This document shows, in pieces, positions 18,852 to 28,943 of a stretch of DNA of 45,372 bases (position 1 is its first letter; each line of letters starts with the position of its first letter). The translations under genes were made by a program, and so were the position numbers. The stretch spans positions 1 through 45,372 of the forward strand of contig JAWXAQ010000021.1 in NCBI GenBank assembly GCA_034439575.1. Reading direction: 5' to 3'. This DNA comes from Leptospira sp. (GTDB taxonomy: Bacteria > Spirochaetota > Leptospiria > Leptospirales > Leptospiraceae). The notes under the pieces were generated by a model. It was not told where the DNA came from. It saw only the letters and a program-made list of their open reading frames with translations, and did no database searches.

Positions 18852-19020
18852 AAATAAAACTTACTTGCATTTCAGACACAATGATGTATTTTTTTACCGA
18901 ACATTCGGCCAATTTGTTATTTTTAGAATTGTTCTAAAAGAATGAACAAAATCGAATGTTAGACCTACAAATACAGAGAGGAATTATTTTCCTCCAAAAA
19001 ATATACTGGATGGTAATTGA

Positions 19021-19923
19021 ATGAATCAAACGAAAAATCTGACAAACACTGCGCTTGCAGTTTTACTTTTATTTTCTGTAGTCGCTTGCGGAAAATCTAG
19101 AACTGTTAAAATCACAGGACCTGAAGTCGAAAGATCTAAAACACCTGCTAAACTTCCGGCTGATTTAGAAAAACTTTGGAAAAACAGACATAACGAAGCA
19201 GACTTAAGACTCGCTCTTACAGGCTTAGAACAATTCTCAAACGAAAATCCTCAGTTCCAAGATGTGAAAGTACTACTTTGCCGTGGTAATTATCTGATGG
19301 GCGATGGACATCTTTGGTTAAAACTAACTGGTGATTCTGATGATGACGCAGCTGTAAAAGCAGAAAGTTCACAATTTTATGATGCAGCAGTTAACTGGTG
19401 TGAAGCGGCACTTGCTATGAATCCAAAATTCCGTGAAAAAGTAGTGAAACAAGGTGTTGAAGTTGAAAAAGCATTAGACACTCTTGAGCCAGATGACATA
19501 GATGCACTATACTGGCGTTATGCGTCACTTGGTAAATGGTCAAGACTTGCTGGTTTCACAACTTTACTTGCTAACAGAAGTAAGTTCACAGCTATGATCA
19601 ATCGAGTTAAAGATCTCGAAAAAGCTATGGGCAAAGAATATTTTTATGCAGCGACTCTTCGTTATGATGCCGCAAGTAATGCACTCTCTCCTACTGGAGA
19701 TAAAAAATTGGCAGATAAATATTTCGAAGAAGCCATCAAAAAACACCCGAACTACTTTGCAGTTCGAGTTCTCTATGCAGAAAGCCGCCTAAAAGGTGAT
19801 GAAGCGAAATTTAAAGCACAACTTGACCATGTTCTCAAAACTCCAGCAAAATCTTTGCCAGATATTGAAGCAGATCAACTCGTTGAACAGAAAAAAGCTA
19901 AAAAACTCTTAGACGAACTTTAA
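19021..19923 (+). CDS. TRAP transporter TatT component (TPR-like lipoprotein)
   Basis: Lipobox VVAC; all-helical; A.KYFEEA / VLYAE pattern; directly upstream of dctP. Confidence 0.8.
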   Translation: MNQTKNLTNTALAVLLLFSVVACGKSRTVKITGPEVERSKTPAKLPADLEKLWKNRHNEADLRLALTGLEQFSNENPQFQDVKVLLCRGNYLMGDGHLWLKLTGDSDDDAAVKAESSQFYDAAVNWCEAALAMNPKFREKVVKQGVEVEKALDTLEPDDIDALYWRYASLGKWSRLAGFTTLLANRSKFTAMINRVKDLEKAMGKEYFYAATLRYDAASNALSPTGDKKLADKYFEEAIKKHPNYFAVRVLYAESRLKGDEAKFKAQLDHVLKTPAKSLPDIEADQLVEQKKAKKLLDEL

Positions 19924-19937
19924 ACCAAGGAGAAATC

Positions 19938-20945
19938 ATGTTCCATACACCTGTTAAATTAATCACAGGTGCAATTTTTGCCTTCACAATTAGTGGAGGC
20001 ATTTTTGCACAAACAACCGTTAAACTTGCTACTGTTGCTCCGGATGGAAGTCCTTGGGCAAACGAACTTTCAAAAATCAAAAAAAAGATCGAAAAAGAAT
20101 CTGAAGGTCAGATCAAAATGAAACTCTATCCTGGCGGACAAATGGGTGGAGAAAACGAAATCCTTCAACAAGTGATCCGTGGTAAACTGCAAGGTGCTGG
20201 TTTGACTGCTGGTGCTCTTGCCAATACGGTAAAAGAACTTAATGTTTTAGAGATGCCTTACCTATTTAATTCTTATGCGCAAGCGGATTGTGTCTTAGAC
20301 AATCACTTGTTAGAAGATTTCAAACGACTTTTTGCATCAAAAGGACTAATCTTCGTTACTTGGGCAGAAAATGGTTATAGATCCATTGGAACAAAAACCA
20401 ATGCTGTTAAGTCACCTGCTGATCTAAAAGGAATCAAGATTCGTATCCAAGAATCTCCAGTTCACATTGCATATTGGAAAGCACTGGGTGTAAGTGGTAT
20501 TCCTATTGCGATCCCAGAAGTTTTACCATCTCTCCAAACAGGTGTTGTAGAAGGTTTTGATAACACTCCCCTTTTCACTCTTGCTGCAGAATGGCAAACA
20601 GCGATTAAACATTTCAGTTTAACACGTCACATTTACCAACCAGCAGCCATCGTTTACTCAAAAAAATATTGGGACACTTTGAACGATGACCAAAAGAAAA
20701 TTCTAATGGGTGAAGGAAATGCCTTGGCTCCTGGAGCAAGATCGGCAGTTCGCTCTATTGAGAAAAACATGATCGCTACATTAAAAAAAGCAGATGTACA
20801 AGTGTATGAACCAAGCGCTTCAGAAATTGCTGGCTTCAAAGCTGCCGCAAGTTCTGTGTCAGGTGCTGTCATTGGAAAGATTGGCGGTGAGTCAAAATCG
20901 ATCTATGATAAAATTCAAAAAGCTAAATCAGCTTGCGGTAACTAA
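19938..20945 (+). CDS. dctP: TRAP transporter substrate-binding protein DctP/TatP
   Basis: KLATVAPDGSPW, YPGGQMGGE, DLKGIKIR, LQTGVVEG. Confidence 0.93.
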   Translation: MFHTPVKLITGAIFAFTISGGIFAQTTVKLATVAPDGSPWANELSKIKKKIEKESEGQIKMKLYPGGQMGGENEILQQVIRGKLQGAGLTAGALANTVKELNVLEMPYLFNSYAQADCVLDNHLLEDFKRLFASKGLIFVTWAENGYRSIGTKTNAVKSPADLKGIKIRIQESPVHIAYWKALGVSGIPIAIPEVLPSLQTGVVEGFDNTPLFTLAAEWQTAIKHFSLTRHIYQPAAIVYSKKYWDTLNDDQKKILMGEGNALAPGARSAVRSIEKNMIATLKKADVQVYEPSASEIAGFKAAASSVSGAVIGKIGGESKSIYDKIQKAKSACGN

Positions 20946-20977
20946 GATCATTTGATCTTGATTAAGGATGTTATAAA

Positions 20978-21682
20978 ATGAAATTCGTCGATAGGTTCTT
21001 GAATTACCTTAGTTTCGGCGAGAAATGGGCGGGGGGAATTTGTTTCCTCCTTCTCACACTTCTCATGATCGCAGATGTAACCAAACGTGAAGTCATTGAC
21101 AATGTGCTATCTGGTATCATTGACGGGATGGAAGCATACCCTGCAACGACTGTTGCTGGTTTACTTGGTGGATGGAGTGTTTACCTTGCAGAGTGGATGG
21201 GAGCCGAAGCGACATCCTTACTTGAATGGCTGGGTCGTGGTGGTATTGTTTGGGCACAAAAATTGTCCCTCTACTTTATGTTATGGGGTGGTCTTTTCGG
21301 ATCTGCATTAGCAAGCGCTAAAGGTTCCCACCTTCGACCAGAAATTGCTGATAAAGTTTTACCTAAAAAAATTCTGCCATATGTGAAAATTATCGAACAA
21401 TACGTTATTTCAGCATTTTTTCTTTTTTTATCATTCCTTTCTGTAATCTACGTAAAAGAAAGTATCTCTCTTGATGAAGTAAACCCAGTGACTGAGATTT
21501 CCTTATGGAAAGTTCAGCTAATATTTCCTTACGTATTTACTTCTATGGGACTTAGACATTTGTTTTACGGTATTTTCCCTGCACTTATTCCAGCTGACTT
21601 GAATGAGGCGACAGAGGCATTAGAAGAACTAAAAGACGAATACGCGATTCCGGATACGGATCAAGGGCAGGCAAAAAAATGA
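20978..21682 (+). CDS. dctQ: TRAP transporter small permease
   Basis: TM helices with LWGGLFGSALA...HL motif; lies between dctP and dctM. Confidence 0.85.
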   Translation: MKFVDRFLNYLSFGEKWAGGICFLLLTLLMIADVTKREVIDNVLSGIIDGMEAYPATTVAGLLGGWSVYLAEWMGAEATSLLEWLGRGGIVWAQKLSLYFMLWGGLFGSALASAKGSHLRPEIADKVLPKKILPYVKIIEQYVISAFFLFLSFLSVIYVKESISLDEVNPVTEISLWKVQLIFPYVFTSMGLRHLFYGIFPALIPADLNEATEALEELKDEYAIPDTDQGQAKK

Positions 21683-22986
21683 GTTCTTGGGGCATACTTG
21701 GATTATTATTAATCCTGATATTATTAAGACAACCTCTCATCGTTCTAATGGGAGCGATTACAGTTTTTTGTTATTACTTTTTACCTGATCCTCCGCTTGA
21801 ATCATTCCATGAATTGAATAGCATCATTGGTGACTTATTCTTCGCAGGTGACAAAGAAATTCTCTTAGCCATTCCTTTGTTTATCATCGCGGGAAACCTG
21901 ATGACTCACGGCAGTATCGCTAGAAGATTGATACGTATGGCGCAGGCTATGACGGCACCGATTCCAGCAGGACTTGCCATTGCTGGGGTATTTTCCTGTG
22001 GTATCTTTGCTGCGATTTCCGGATCGTCTCCAGTTACACTCATTGCCATTGGTGGTTTGATGTATCCGAGCCTAACTAAGGCAGGTTATCCGACTCAGTT
22101 TTCTATGGGACTACTTGCCTCAGGTGGAACACTTGGGATCATCATTCCTCCGAGTATTCCAATGATCGTTTATGCGATTATGGTGGGGGTGTCTGTCACA
22201 GATTTATTTATTGCTGGGATCGGTCCAGGAATCCTCCTTATGACTCTCCTTATGATCTATTCCGTGTTACGTGCAGGTAAAATCGGACGTGGCAAATGGG
22301 ACTGGCAAGAAGTGATTCAGTCTTGGAAGGAAGGTGTTCTCGCCCTTATGATGCCAGTAGTGATACTTGGCGGAATCTATTCAGGATTTTTCACAGCGAC
22401 AGAATCTGCGGCCATTGCCGTTTTTTATGCGATTATTGTTGAGGTTTTCATTCACAAAGAACTTAGCTTTCCAAAAATTCCGAAAATTATGGCGGAAAGT
22501 GCGGAGATGCTCGGGATTCTATTTTTGATTTTGATTTTGGCTGTGAGTTTAAACAAATTCATGATCGAAAATGAAATCCCACAAAACCTAGTCGCGAAAA
22601 TGACGACAATGATTTCAAGTCCTGTGACTTTCCTCATTGGTGTCAACATTCTACTCCTTATTGTAGGGATGTTTATGGATATCATGAGTGCTATACTAGT
22701 GCTTGCCCCATTACTTGCGCCTATGGCAGTCAATTATGGAATCAACCCAGTTCACTTTGGAATCATCATGATTGTAAACTTAGAAATAGGATACTTGACT
22801 CCTCCAGTCGGAGTGAACCTATTTGTGGCATCAGGGATATTCAAACAACCACTTGGAAAAGTGATACAATCAGTCGCTCCGATTGTGGGTCTATTTCTGA
22901 TTGGTTTAATATTGATTAGCTGGATTCCAGAAATTTCACTAGGCCTTGTAAGTCCTGAGGCTGCGGCACCTTCCGTTAGTCCTTAA
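21679..22986 (+). CDS. dctM: TRAP transporter large permease
   Basis: LAIPLFI.AG, FAAISGSS, GTLGIIIPPSIP, TATESAA, GYLTPPVG.NLFV. Confidence 0.95.
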   Translation: MSSWGILGLLLILILLRQPLIVLMGAITVFCYYFLPDPPLESFHELNSIIGDLFFAGDKEILLAIPLFIIAGNLMTHGSIARRLIRMAQAMTAPIPAGLAIAGVFSCGIFAAISGSSPVTLIAIGGLMYPSLTKAGYPTQFSMGLLASGGTLGIIIPPSIPMIVYAIMVGVSVTDLFIAGIGPGILLMTLLMIYSVLRAGKIGRGKWDWQEVIQSWKEGVLALMMPVVILGGIYSGFFTATESAAIAVFYAIIVEVFIHKELSFPKIPKIMAESAEMLGILFLILILAVSLNKFMIENEIPQNLVAKMTTMISSPVTFLIGVNILLLIVGMFMDIMSAILVLAPLLAPMAVNYGINPVHFGIIMIVNLEIGYLTPPVGVNLFVASGIFKQPLGKVIQSVAPIVGLFLIGLILISWIPEISLGLVSPEAAAPSVSP

Positions 22987-23002
22987 AAATTTTCCTAAAG
23001 TC

Positions 23003-23045
23003 ACACCCAAGGGAAAGATGTTCTCTTGGGTGTTCGTTTTTTATT
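23003..23045 (+). terminator. Rho-independent terminator after dctM
   Basis: Stem ACACCCAAGGGAA/TTCTCTTGGGTGT with a 5-nt loop and following T-run, between convergent genes. Confidence 0.75.
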
Positions 23046-23723
23046 TCAATTCCAACTATAACCAATACCAGGTTCTGTGATTATGTGTTTCGGTTTTGTC
23101 GGAGCATCTTCCAATTTTTTTCTTAGTTGTGTAATGTGGACCCGCAAACTATTCATTTCATTCTGGGCATTTTCTCCCCAAATGGATTTTATAATCGATT
23201 CATGTGTTAAAGTTTTTCCCGCATTTTTGACAAACAATATTAAAATTTGAAATTCAGTCGGCGTTAGTCGAATTATTTCTCCAGACTTTTTGATTTTATA
23301 ATTTGCAAAATCAATAGAAAGATTTTCCGAATTCCATATTGGTGGGGATTCCTCTATTGGCATTCGTCGAAGGGCAGTCCGAATGCGAGCAAGTAACTCA
23401 CCCATCCCAAAAGGTTTTGTGATATAATCATCCGCTCCAGCATCTAACAAGCGAATTTTATCTTCTTCTGAATTCATTACAGATAAAACAATAATCGGAG
23501 CTTCGGTAAAAATCCGTACTTCATTTATCACATCCATTCCATTGCCGTCTGGAAGTTGAAGATCAAGTAAAATCAACTTAGGTGCGTGAAGTGCAGTTTA
23601 TTCGATCGCCATTTTTTTGTTAAATGCCTCAATCGTCTCATAACCTTTGGCAACAAGGGCAATGTGTAACATTTTGCGAATCGCGCTGTCATCATCTACA
23701 ATAAGTATAGAATCTTTTATCAT
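23046..23723 (-). pseudogene. kdpE: KdpE response regulator interrupted by an in-frame TAA at codon 42
   Basis: Frame from ATG 23723 reads MIKDSILIVDDD...KKMAIE*TALHAPKLILLDLQLPDG...ADDYITKPF..., with the stop at 23598-23600. C-terminal OmpR-type wHTH present. Confidence 0.88.
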
Positions 23724-23738
23724 GATTAAATAATTAAT

Positions 23739-26312
23739 TTAATCTGGAATAGGTAGATCAATGACAAACTTTGCACCGCCTTCCACACGATTAGATGCAT
23801 TCACCACCCCTCCATGTAGTTCAACAATTGATTTTGTAATCGCAAGGCCGAGACCTGTGCCAATTTTTCCTGTGGCTTCCCCTCGATAGAATTTTTGAAA
23901 TACTTTTGAAGGATCGCTCGGTAAACCTTTGCCATTATCTTCTATAGACCAATGCAAGTTTTGGCCAATCCTATTTACTTTGATCCAAATGGTCGAACCT
24001 GAATGAGTATACAAACAAGCATTATATAATAAGTTAAAGATTGCATGTGCAAACAATACTCTATCCAATTCGATTTCAATATTTCCATCTAACATTTCTA
24101 AAACAATCTCATGATTGGATTTATTTTTTCCTAAATAAGAAATAGCATCATGAATGATATCGGCAGGAAAAGTTTTTTCTTTCTTTAATGATAGATATCC
24201 AGATTCAATTCTACTGATATCTAGCAAATTTCCTAAAAGCAAATTTAATATCAATGCACTTTCCTGAATCTCTTCAATGAGACTTCGACTCGCTTCAGGA
24301 TTATTCTGGATATCAGGATCTAACAGAGCCGATGCTGAACCACGAATCGATGTTAACGGAGTTTTTAATTCATGAGAGACTGAGTTAAATACTAAATTGT
24401 ACAATTTTTCGGATTCTTTTAATAAGTATGTTTTTTTGGCTTCTTCAGATAAAGTGTCTCTTTCTAAAGCTAATGAAACTTGGTTTGCGATCGTATTTAG
24501 AAGAATTTCTTGTTCTAAGGTTGGTTCGCTTTCAGAATCTATTTCGATCACTCCCGTTGTTCCGCCCGGAGATAGAAGTGGATAAAAAGTGGATTGAGAA
24601 AGTGAAAGAGTTTCCGTAAATTTACCAGCAGGTTTACCACTTTTAACTGTTAATGTAGCGACCGCTAGTTTTTTATTATCTAAGATCTCAGGTTCAAAGT
24701 GACCTTCCCGAAAAAAAAACAACTTCACATAAAATGGAAATAAACGTTTAAAGAAAGTTTCGCCAATTTTTGTAATTTCATTACTTTGCGATGTTTTAGA
24801 TAGATTTCTCGTTAACTCATAAAGTATTGATAACTTTTCTTCTCTCGATTGTAATTTCATCTCATTTCTTTTTAATTTAGCAGTTAATCCTCCATTGATC
24901 AAGGCAATGAGAATAAAAATCCCAAACATCAATGCATCTTCCAACTTTGAAATATAAAAAGTAAATCTTGGTGGAATAAATAAAAAATTCCAAAACATTG
25001 CAGATAACAATGCCGCAAGTAATACAGGTCCCCTACTAAAAAATATTCCAAGAAGAGCCACATAAAATAAATATAATATAGATATCGGCCAATAACCAAT
25101 ATGAGGAAGCAATGGAAGGTTTAACAGTGTTATAAAAAAAGTTAAACAAACAATGGCAAGGTATTGTCGCAGACTAGAGGAAGGAATCAGTAGTTGGAAA
25201 AAATGAAGCTTTTTTGTTTCTTCACCTATCATAGGAAATATGATAACTTCTACTTCTTTCAATTTTCTTAAAAGCCGTTCGGCGATACTATTTTTAAAAA
25301 AATTCCAAAAACGTGGTTTGGCTGAACCGCCAATCACAAGGCGATTGATGCGTTTACTTTGGATGGCATTGATGATACCTAAAACGGGATCAGATTCATA
25401 AGAATGAATCACTTCAGCTCCGAGCTCCTTAGCGAGTCGAATATGAGAACGAATGGATTCTTCTGAATGAGTATCTTTATGTTCTTCTTCTTCAGAAAAG
25501 AATGCATATAATTCAGCATTTCGTTCCAAAGATAATCTTTTGGCATGGCGAAGTAATGATTTTGAGTGAGGACTAGCACTTATGGCAACAAGAATGTGAT
25601 CTCTACCATGGGGCATTCTTTTTTCAACATATCTGGCTGTATAATTTAATGATAACTCTCGTAAATAAGTAAGGTTTTCTTTTTTAAAGAAATTTTCTTT
25701 CGCGGAATTTATTTTTTCTTCTAAGTAAATTTTTCCTTCAGAAAGTCTTTTCAACAATTCATCCGGTATGATATCAATTAATACTAATTCATCAGCTCTT
25801 TCGAGTATGACATCTGGAATCGTTTCTTTAACAGAACTTTGGATTATTTTTTCAACTGAATCCACTTGGCTTTCTAAATGTTGTACATTTACTGTAGAAA
25901 GTACATTGATACCAGCTTCGAGTAAAGTAAATACATCCTGGTATCTTTTTTTATGCAATGAGCCTGGTATATTTGAATGAGCAAGCTCATCCACTAAAAC
26001 ATATTCGGGTCTTGCAACGAGTACGGCTTCTACATCCATTTCCAACCAAACTTTATGACGATATGTAATTTGTTTTAATGGAATTTCTTCTATATTATAT
26101 AGTAATGCTTTGGTCTCTTCACGACCATGCGTTTCCACTACCCCAATTCTAACATCCGCACCTTCTTTTTGAAGACGTTGTGCTTCATTTAACATCGCAT
26201 AAGTTTTTCCAACCCCAGGCGACATGCCAAAAAAAACTTTAAAAAATCCCTTTTTCTTATCTTCCGATTGCAATGCGATACGAAGATAATCGTCTGGAGT
26301 TCTATCTGACAT
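23739..26312 (-). CDS. kdpD: Sensor histidine kinase KdpD
   Basis: GMSPGVGKTYAML, LVDELAH, USP-like region, 4 TM, SHELKTPL, GTGLGLAI. Confidence 0.96.
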   Translation of the reverse strand: MSDRTPDDYLRIALQSEDKKKGFFKVFFGMSPGVGKTYAMLNEAQRLQKEGADVRIGVVETHGREETKALLYNIEEIPLKQITYRHKVWLEMDVEAVLVARPEYVLVDELAHSNIPGSLHKKRYQDVFTLLEAGINVLSTVNVQHLESQVDSVEKIIQSSVKETIPDVILERADELVLIDIIPDELLKRLSEGKIYLEEKINSAKENFFKKENLTYLRELSLNYTARYVEKRMPHGRDHILVAISASPHSKSLLRHAKRLSLERNAELYAFFSEEEEHKDTHSEESIRSHIRLAKELGAEVIHSYESDPVLGIINAIQSKRINRLVIGGSAKPRFWNFFKNSIAERLLRKLKEVEVIIFPMIGEETKKLHFFQLLIPSSSLRQYLAIVCLTFFITLLNLPLLPHIGYWPISILYLFYVALLGIFFSRGPVLLAALLSAMFWNFLFIPPRFTFYISKLEDALMFGIFILIALINGGLTAKLKRNEMKLQSREEKLSILYELTRNLSKTSQSNEITKIGETFFKRLFPFYVKLFFFREGHFEPEILDNKKLAVATLTVKSGKPAGKFTETLSLSQSTFYPLLSPGGTTGVIEIDSESEPTLEQEILLNTIANQVSLALERDTLSEEAKKTYLLKESEKLYNLVFNSVSHELKTPLTSIRGSASALLDPDIQNNPEASRSLIEEIQESALILNLLLGNLLDISRIESGYLSLKKEKTFPADIIHDAISYLGKNKSNHEIVLEMLDGNIEIELDRVLFAHAIFNLLYNACLYTHSGSTIWIKVNRIGQNLHWSIEDNGKGLPSDPSKVFQKFYRGEATGKIGTGLGLAITKSIVELHGGVVNASNRVEGGAKFVIDLPIPD

Positions 26313-26883
26313 TCAAAAGATTCCTGAGATCAATATTTAAATTCACCACATTCACTCTTTCCCGACCCATCATTCCCAAGATAGAAGATTCGGTATTTTT
26401 GTGAATCAGATTGTTTAATATATCTTTTTCAATTTTGTGTTTGTTACTTAATGTCTGTGCTTGTTCTATTGCGCAAAGGGTTGTGATATGTGGATCTAGA
26501 CCCGAAGCAGACGCATACAATAACTCAGGACACATATTTGTATCGATCCCTCTTTCTCTAAGTTTATTTTTTCTTTCTATAACGAGTAATTTTAAATCTT
26601 CACTTGTTCGACTCAAATTGGATGCACCACTAGGTATCGTCTGATAATGCGTAGCACTTGGTCGACTTTGAAATAAATCTAAATTTGTATAATCTTCTGA
26701 AATAAGCAATGAAGCTACATTTTTATTTTGATTTATCACTAAACTTCCATTCGCTTTCCCTTTAAAAAAAGTATTCGCATACAAAGTTACTAAAATTGGA
26801 TAAATCCCAGCCAAAACAAATAATGAGAAGGCGATAAATCTAATTGATATGATTATATCTCCCGTTGGTTCATTTTTATTCAT
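26302..26883 (-). CDS. kdpC: K+-transporting ATPase subunit C
   Basis: [36 protein letters not shown]. Confidence 0.95.
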   Translation of the reverse strand: MNKNEPTGDIIISIRFIAFSLFVLAGIYPILVTLYANTFFKGKANGSLVINQNKNVASLLISEDYTNLDLFQSRPSATHYQTIPSGASNLSRTSEDLKLLVIERKNKLRERGIDTNMCPELLYASASGLDPHITTLCAIEQAQTLSNKHKIEKDILNNLIHKNTESSILGMMGRERVNVVNLNIDLRNLLNVR

Positions 26884-28934
26884 ATGTTTACTCCGATTAA
26901 CATTAAATCAATGAATTTGATTCCTAAAAAAGGTAATATCATACCACCACCTCCATATAATATCACATTTCTGAAAAGTGCGGAATCTGGGGATTTGGGT
27001 GTATATTTAACACCTCTTAATGCGAGTGGAATCAATGAAGGAATGATAATGGCATTGAAAATCACAGCTGATAAAATAGCATTATCTGGGCTAGATAATT
27101 TCATAATATTGATCGGCGATAATGGGGAAAATAAAGCGGGCAATATGGCAAAGTATTTAGCTATATCGTTTGCTATACTAAACGTTGTTAATGCGCCACG
27201 TGTCATCAATAGTTGCTTTCCGATTTCCACAATTTCTATGAGTTTACTTGGATTGCTATCTAAATCGATCATGTTTCCCGCTTCTCTTGCCGTTTGGGTT
27301 CCCGTATTCATCGCCACACCAACGTCAGACTGTGCTAAGGCAGGAGCATCATTTGTTCCATCACCTATCATCGCGACCAAGAATCCTTTGGCTTGTTCTT
27401 CTTTGATTCGATTGAGTTTTCGTTCTGGGGTTGCCTCAGCAATGAAATCATCAACCCCAGCTTCCGCCGCAATAGCAGCTGCAGTCAGTGGATTATCACC
27501 TGTTATCATAACAGTCTTGATTCCCATTCTTCTTAAATAGGAAAATCGCTCTTTTAATCCTCCCTTTACAATATCTTTAAGCTCAATGACTCCAAGAATT
27601 TCACTTCCTTCCGATACAAGGATCGGCGTACTTCCTTTTTTGGCTATTTCTTGCGCCTTCCAAATCATACCTTCTGAAATATTTCCATTCTGCAGTTCTA
27701 CATGCTTCTTAATTGCATCTAATGAACCTTTTCTGATATTTCTTAAAAGTTTTCCATTCTGCCAAAGTTCAACTCCACTCATCCGTGTTGTCGCAGAAAA
27801 AGGAATCCAGCTAACATCGATATGATTTAAAATTCTCTCTCGAAAAGAAAATCGTTCTTTCGCGAGTATAACAATGGATCTACCTTCAGGTGTCTCATCA
27901 GAAAGAGAAGCTAATTGTGCCGCATCTGCTAATTCTTCTTCCGATTTACCATCCGCTGGGAAAAAATTTCGAGCTTCACGATTTCCTAAAGTTATCGTGC
28001 CTGTTTTATCAAGTAGTAAAACATGGATATCACCTGCAGCCTCGACAGCTTTTCCACTCTTAGCAATCACATTATAATGTATTAATCTTTCCATCCCTGA
28101 TATACCAATTGCACTTAACAATGCTGCAATCGTCGTTGGTATCAGACAAACAAATAAGGCAAGCCAAGTGGAAAGATTAAAATTCCAATCATTTCCAGTT
28201 TCACTACCGACAAATTTCGAAATAGGAACGAGCGAAATCACAGTTAATCCAAAAAGTATTGTGAGCGCAAAAAGTAAAATACCCAGCGCAATTTCGTTTG
28301 GAGTCTTTTGTCTTGATGCTCCTTCAATCATCGCAATCATTTTATCTATAAAACTGGTACCAGGTGAGGATGTAATTTTGATATAAAGACTATCTGATAA
28401 AACTTTAGTTCCACCAGTAACTGCCGAACGATCACCACCACTTTCACGTATAACAGGTGCTGACTCACCTGTTATGGCTGATTCATCTACACTAGCAATT
28501 CCCGAAATCACTTCACCGTCACTTGGGATAAATTCGCCTCCCTTTACAAAAACAATGTCACCTAACTTCAATTCACTTGCAAGAATGTCTATAAAATTCG
28601 TATCTGATATATCTTTTACTTTTTTGCAATTAGCAGAAACTTTTGCTTTTCTTAAACTATCAGCCCTTGCCTTACCTCGACCTTCTGCAAGACTTTCTGC
28701 AAAATTCGCAAAGAGAATTGTGAGTAGTAACCAAACAAAGATAGAAACATCGTTTCCTAATTTTTTTCCAATCATTAGGAAGTATATCATTTGCAATAAT
28801 AAAATGAAAGTTCCAAGCCATACGGCTCCCATCACAGGATTTGTAAAAGCAAACCTAGGTGATAACTTTTGGAAGGATATTTTTAATGCAATGGCTAGTA
28901 AACTTGGGGTAAAAAGTCTATTTTCTTTATTCAT
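26880..28934 (-). CDS. kdpB: K+-transporting ATPase subunit B
   Basis: TGES, DKTGT, TGDN and GDGTNDAP P-type ATPase motifs. Confidence 0.97.
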   Translation of the reverse strand: MNKENRLFTPSLLAIALKISFQKLSPRFAFTNPVMGAVWLGTFILLLQMIYFLMIGKKLGNDVSIFVWLLLTILFANFAESLAEGRGKARADSLRKAKVSANCKKVKDISDTNFIDILASELKLGDIVFVKGGEFIPSDGEVISGIASVDESAITGESAPVIRESGGDRSAVTGGTKVLSDSLYIKITSSPGTSFIDKMIAMIEGASRQKTPNEIALGILLFALTILFGLTVISLVPISKFVGSETGNDWNFNLSTWLALFVCLIPTTIAALLSAIGISGMERLIHYNVIAKSGKAVEAAGDIHVLLLDKTGTITLGNREARNFFPADGKSEEELADAAQLASLSDETPEGRSIVILAKERFSFRERILNHIDVSWIPFSATTRMSGVELWQNGKLLRNIRKGSLDAIKKHVELQNGNISEGMIWKAQEIAKKGSTPILVSEGSEILGVIELKDIVKGGLKERFSYLRRMGIKTVMITGDNPLTAAAIAAEAGVDDFIAEATPERKLNRIKEEQAKGFLVAMIGDGTNDAPALAQSDVGVAMNTGTQTAREAGNMIDLDSNPSKLIEIVEIGKQLLMTRGALTTFSIANDIAKYFAILPALFSPLSPINIMKLSSPDNAILSAVIFNAIIIPSLIPLALRGVKYTPKSPDSALFRNVILYGGGGMILPFLGIKFIDLMLIGVNI

Positions 28935-28943
28935 AAATATTAC

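Noticed and set aside
23612-23618. Homopolymer run in kdpE as a frameshift or phase-variation site
   Set aside because: The reading frame is preserved across the run; the lesion is an in-frame stop.
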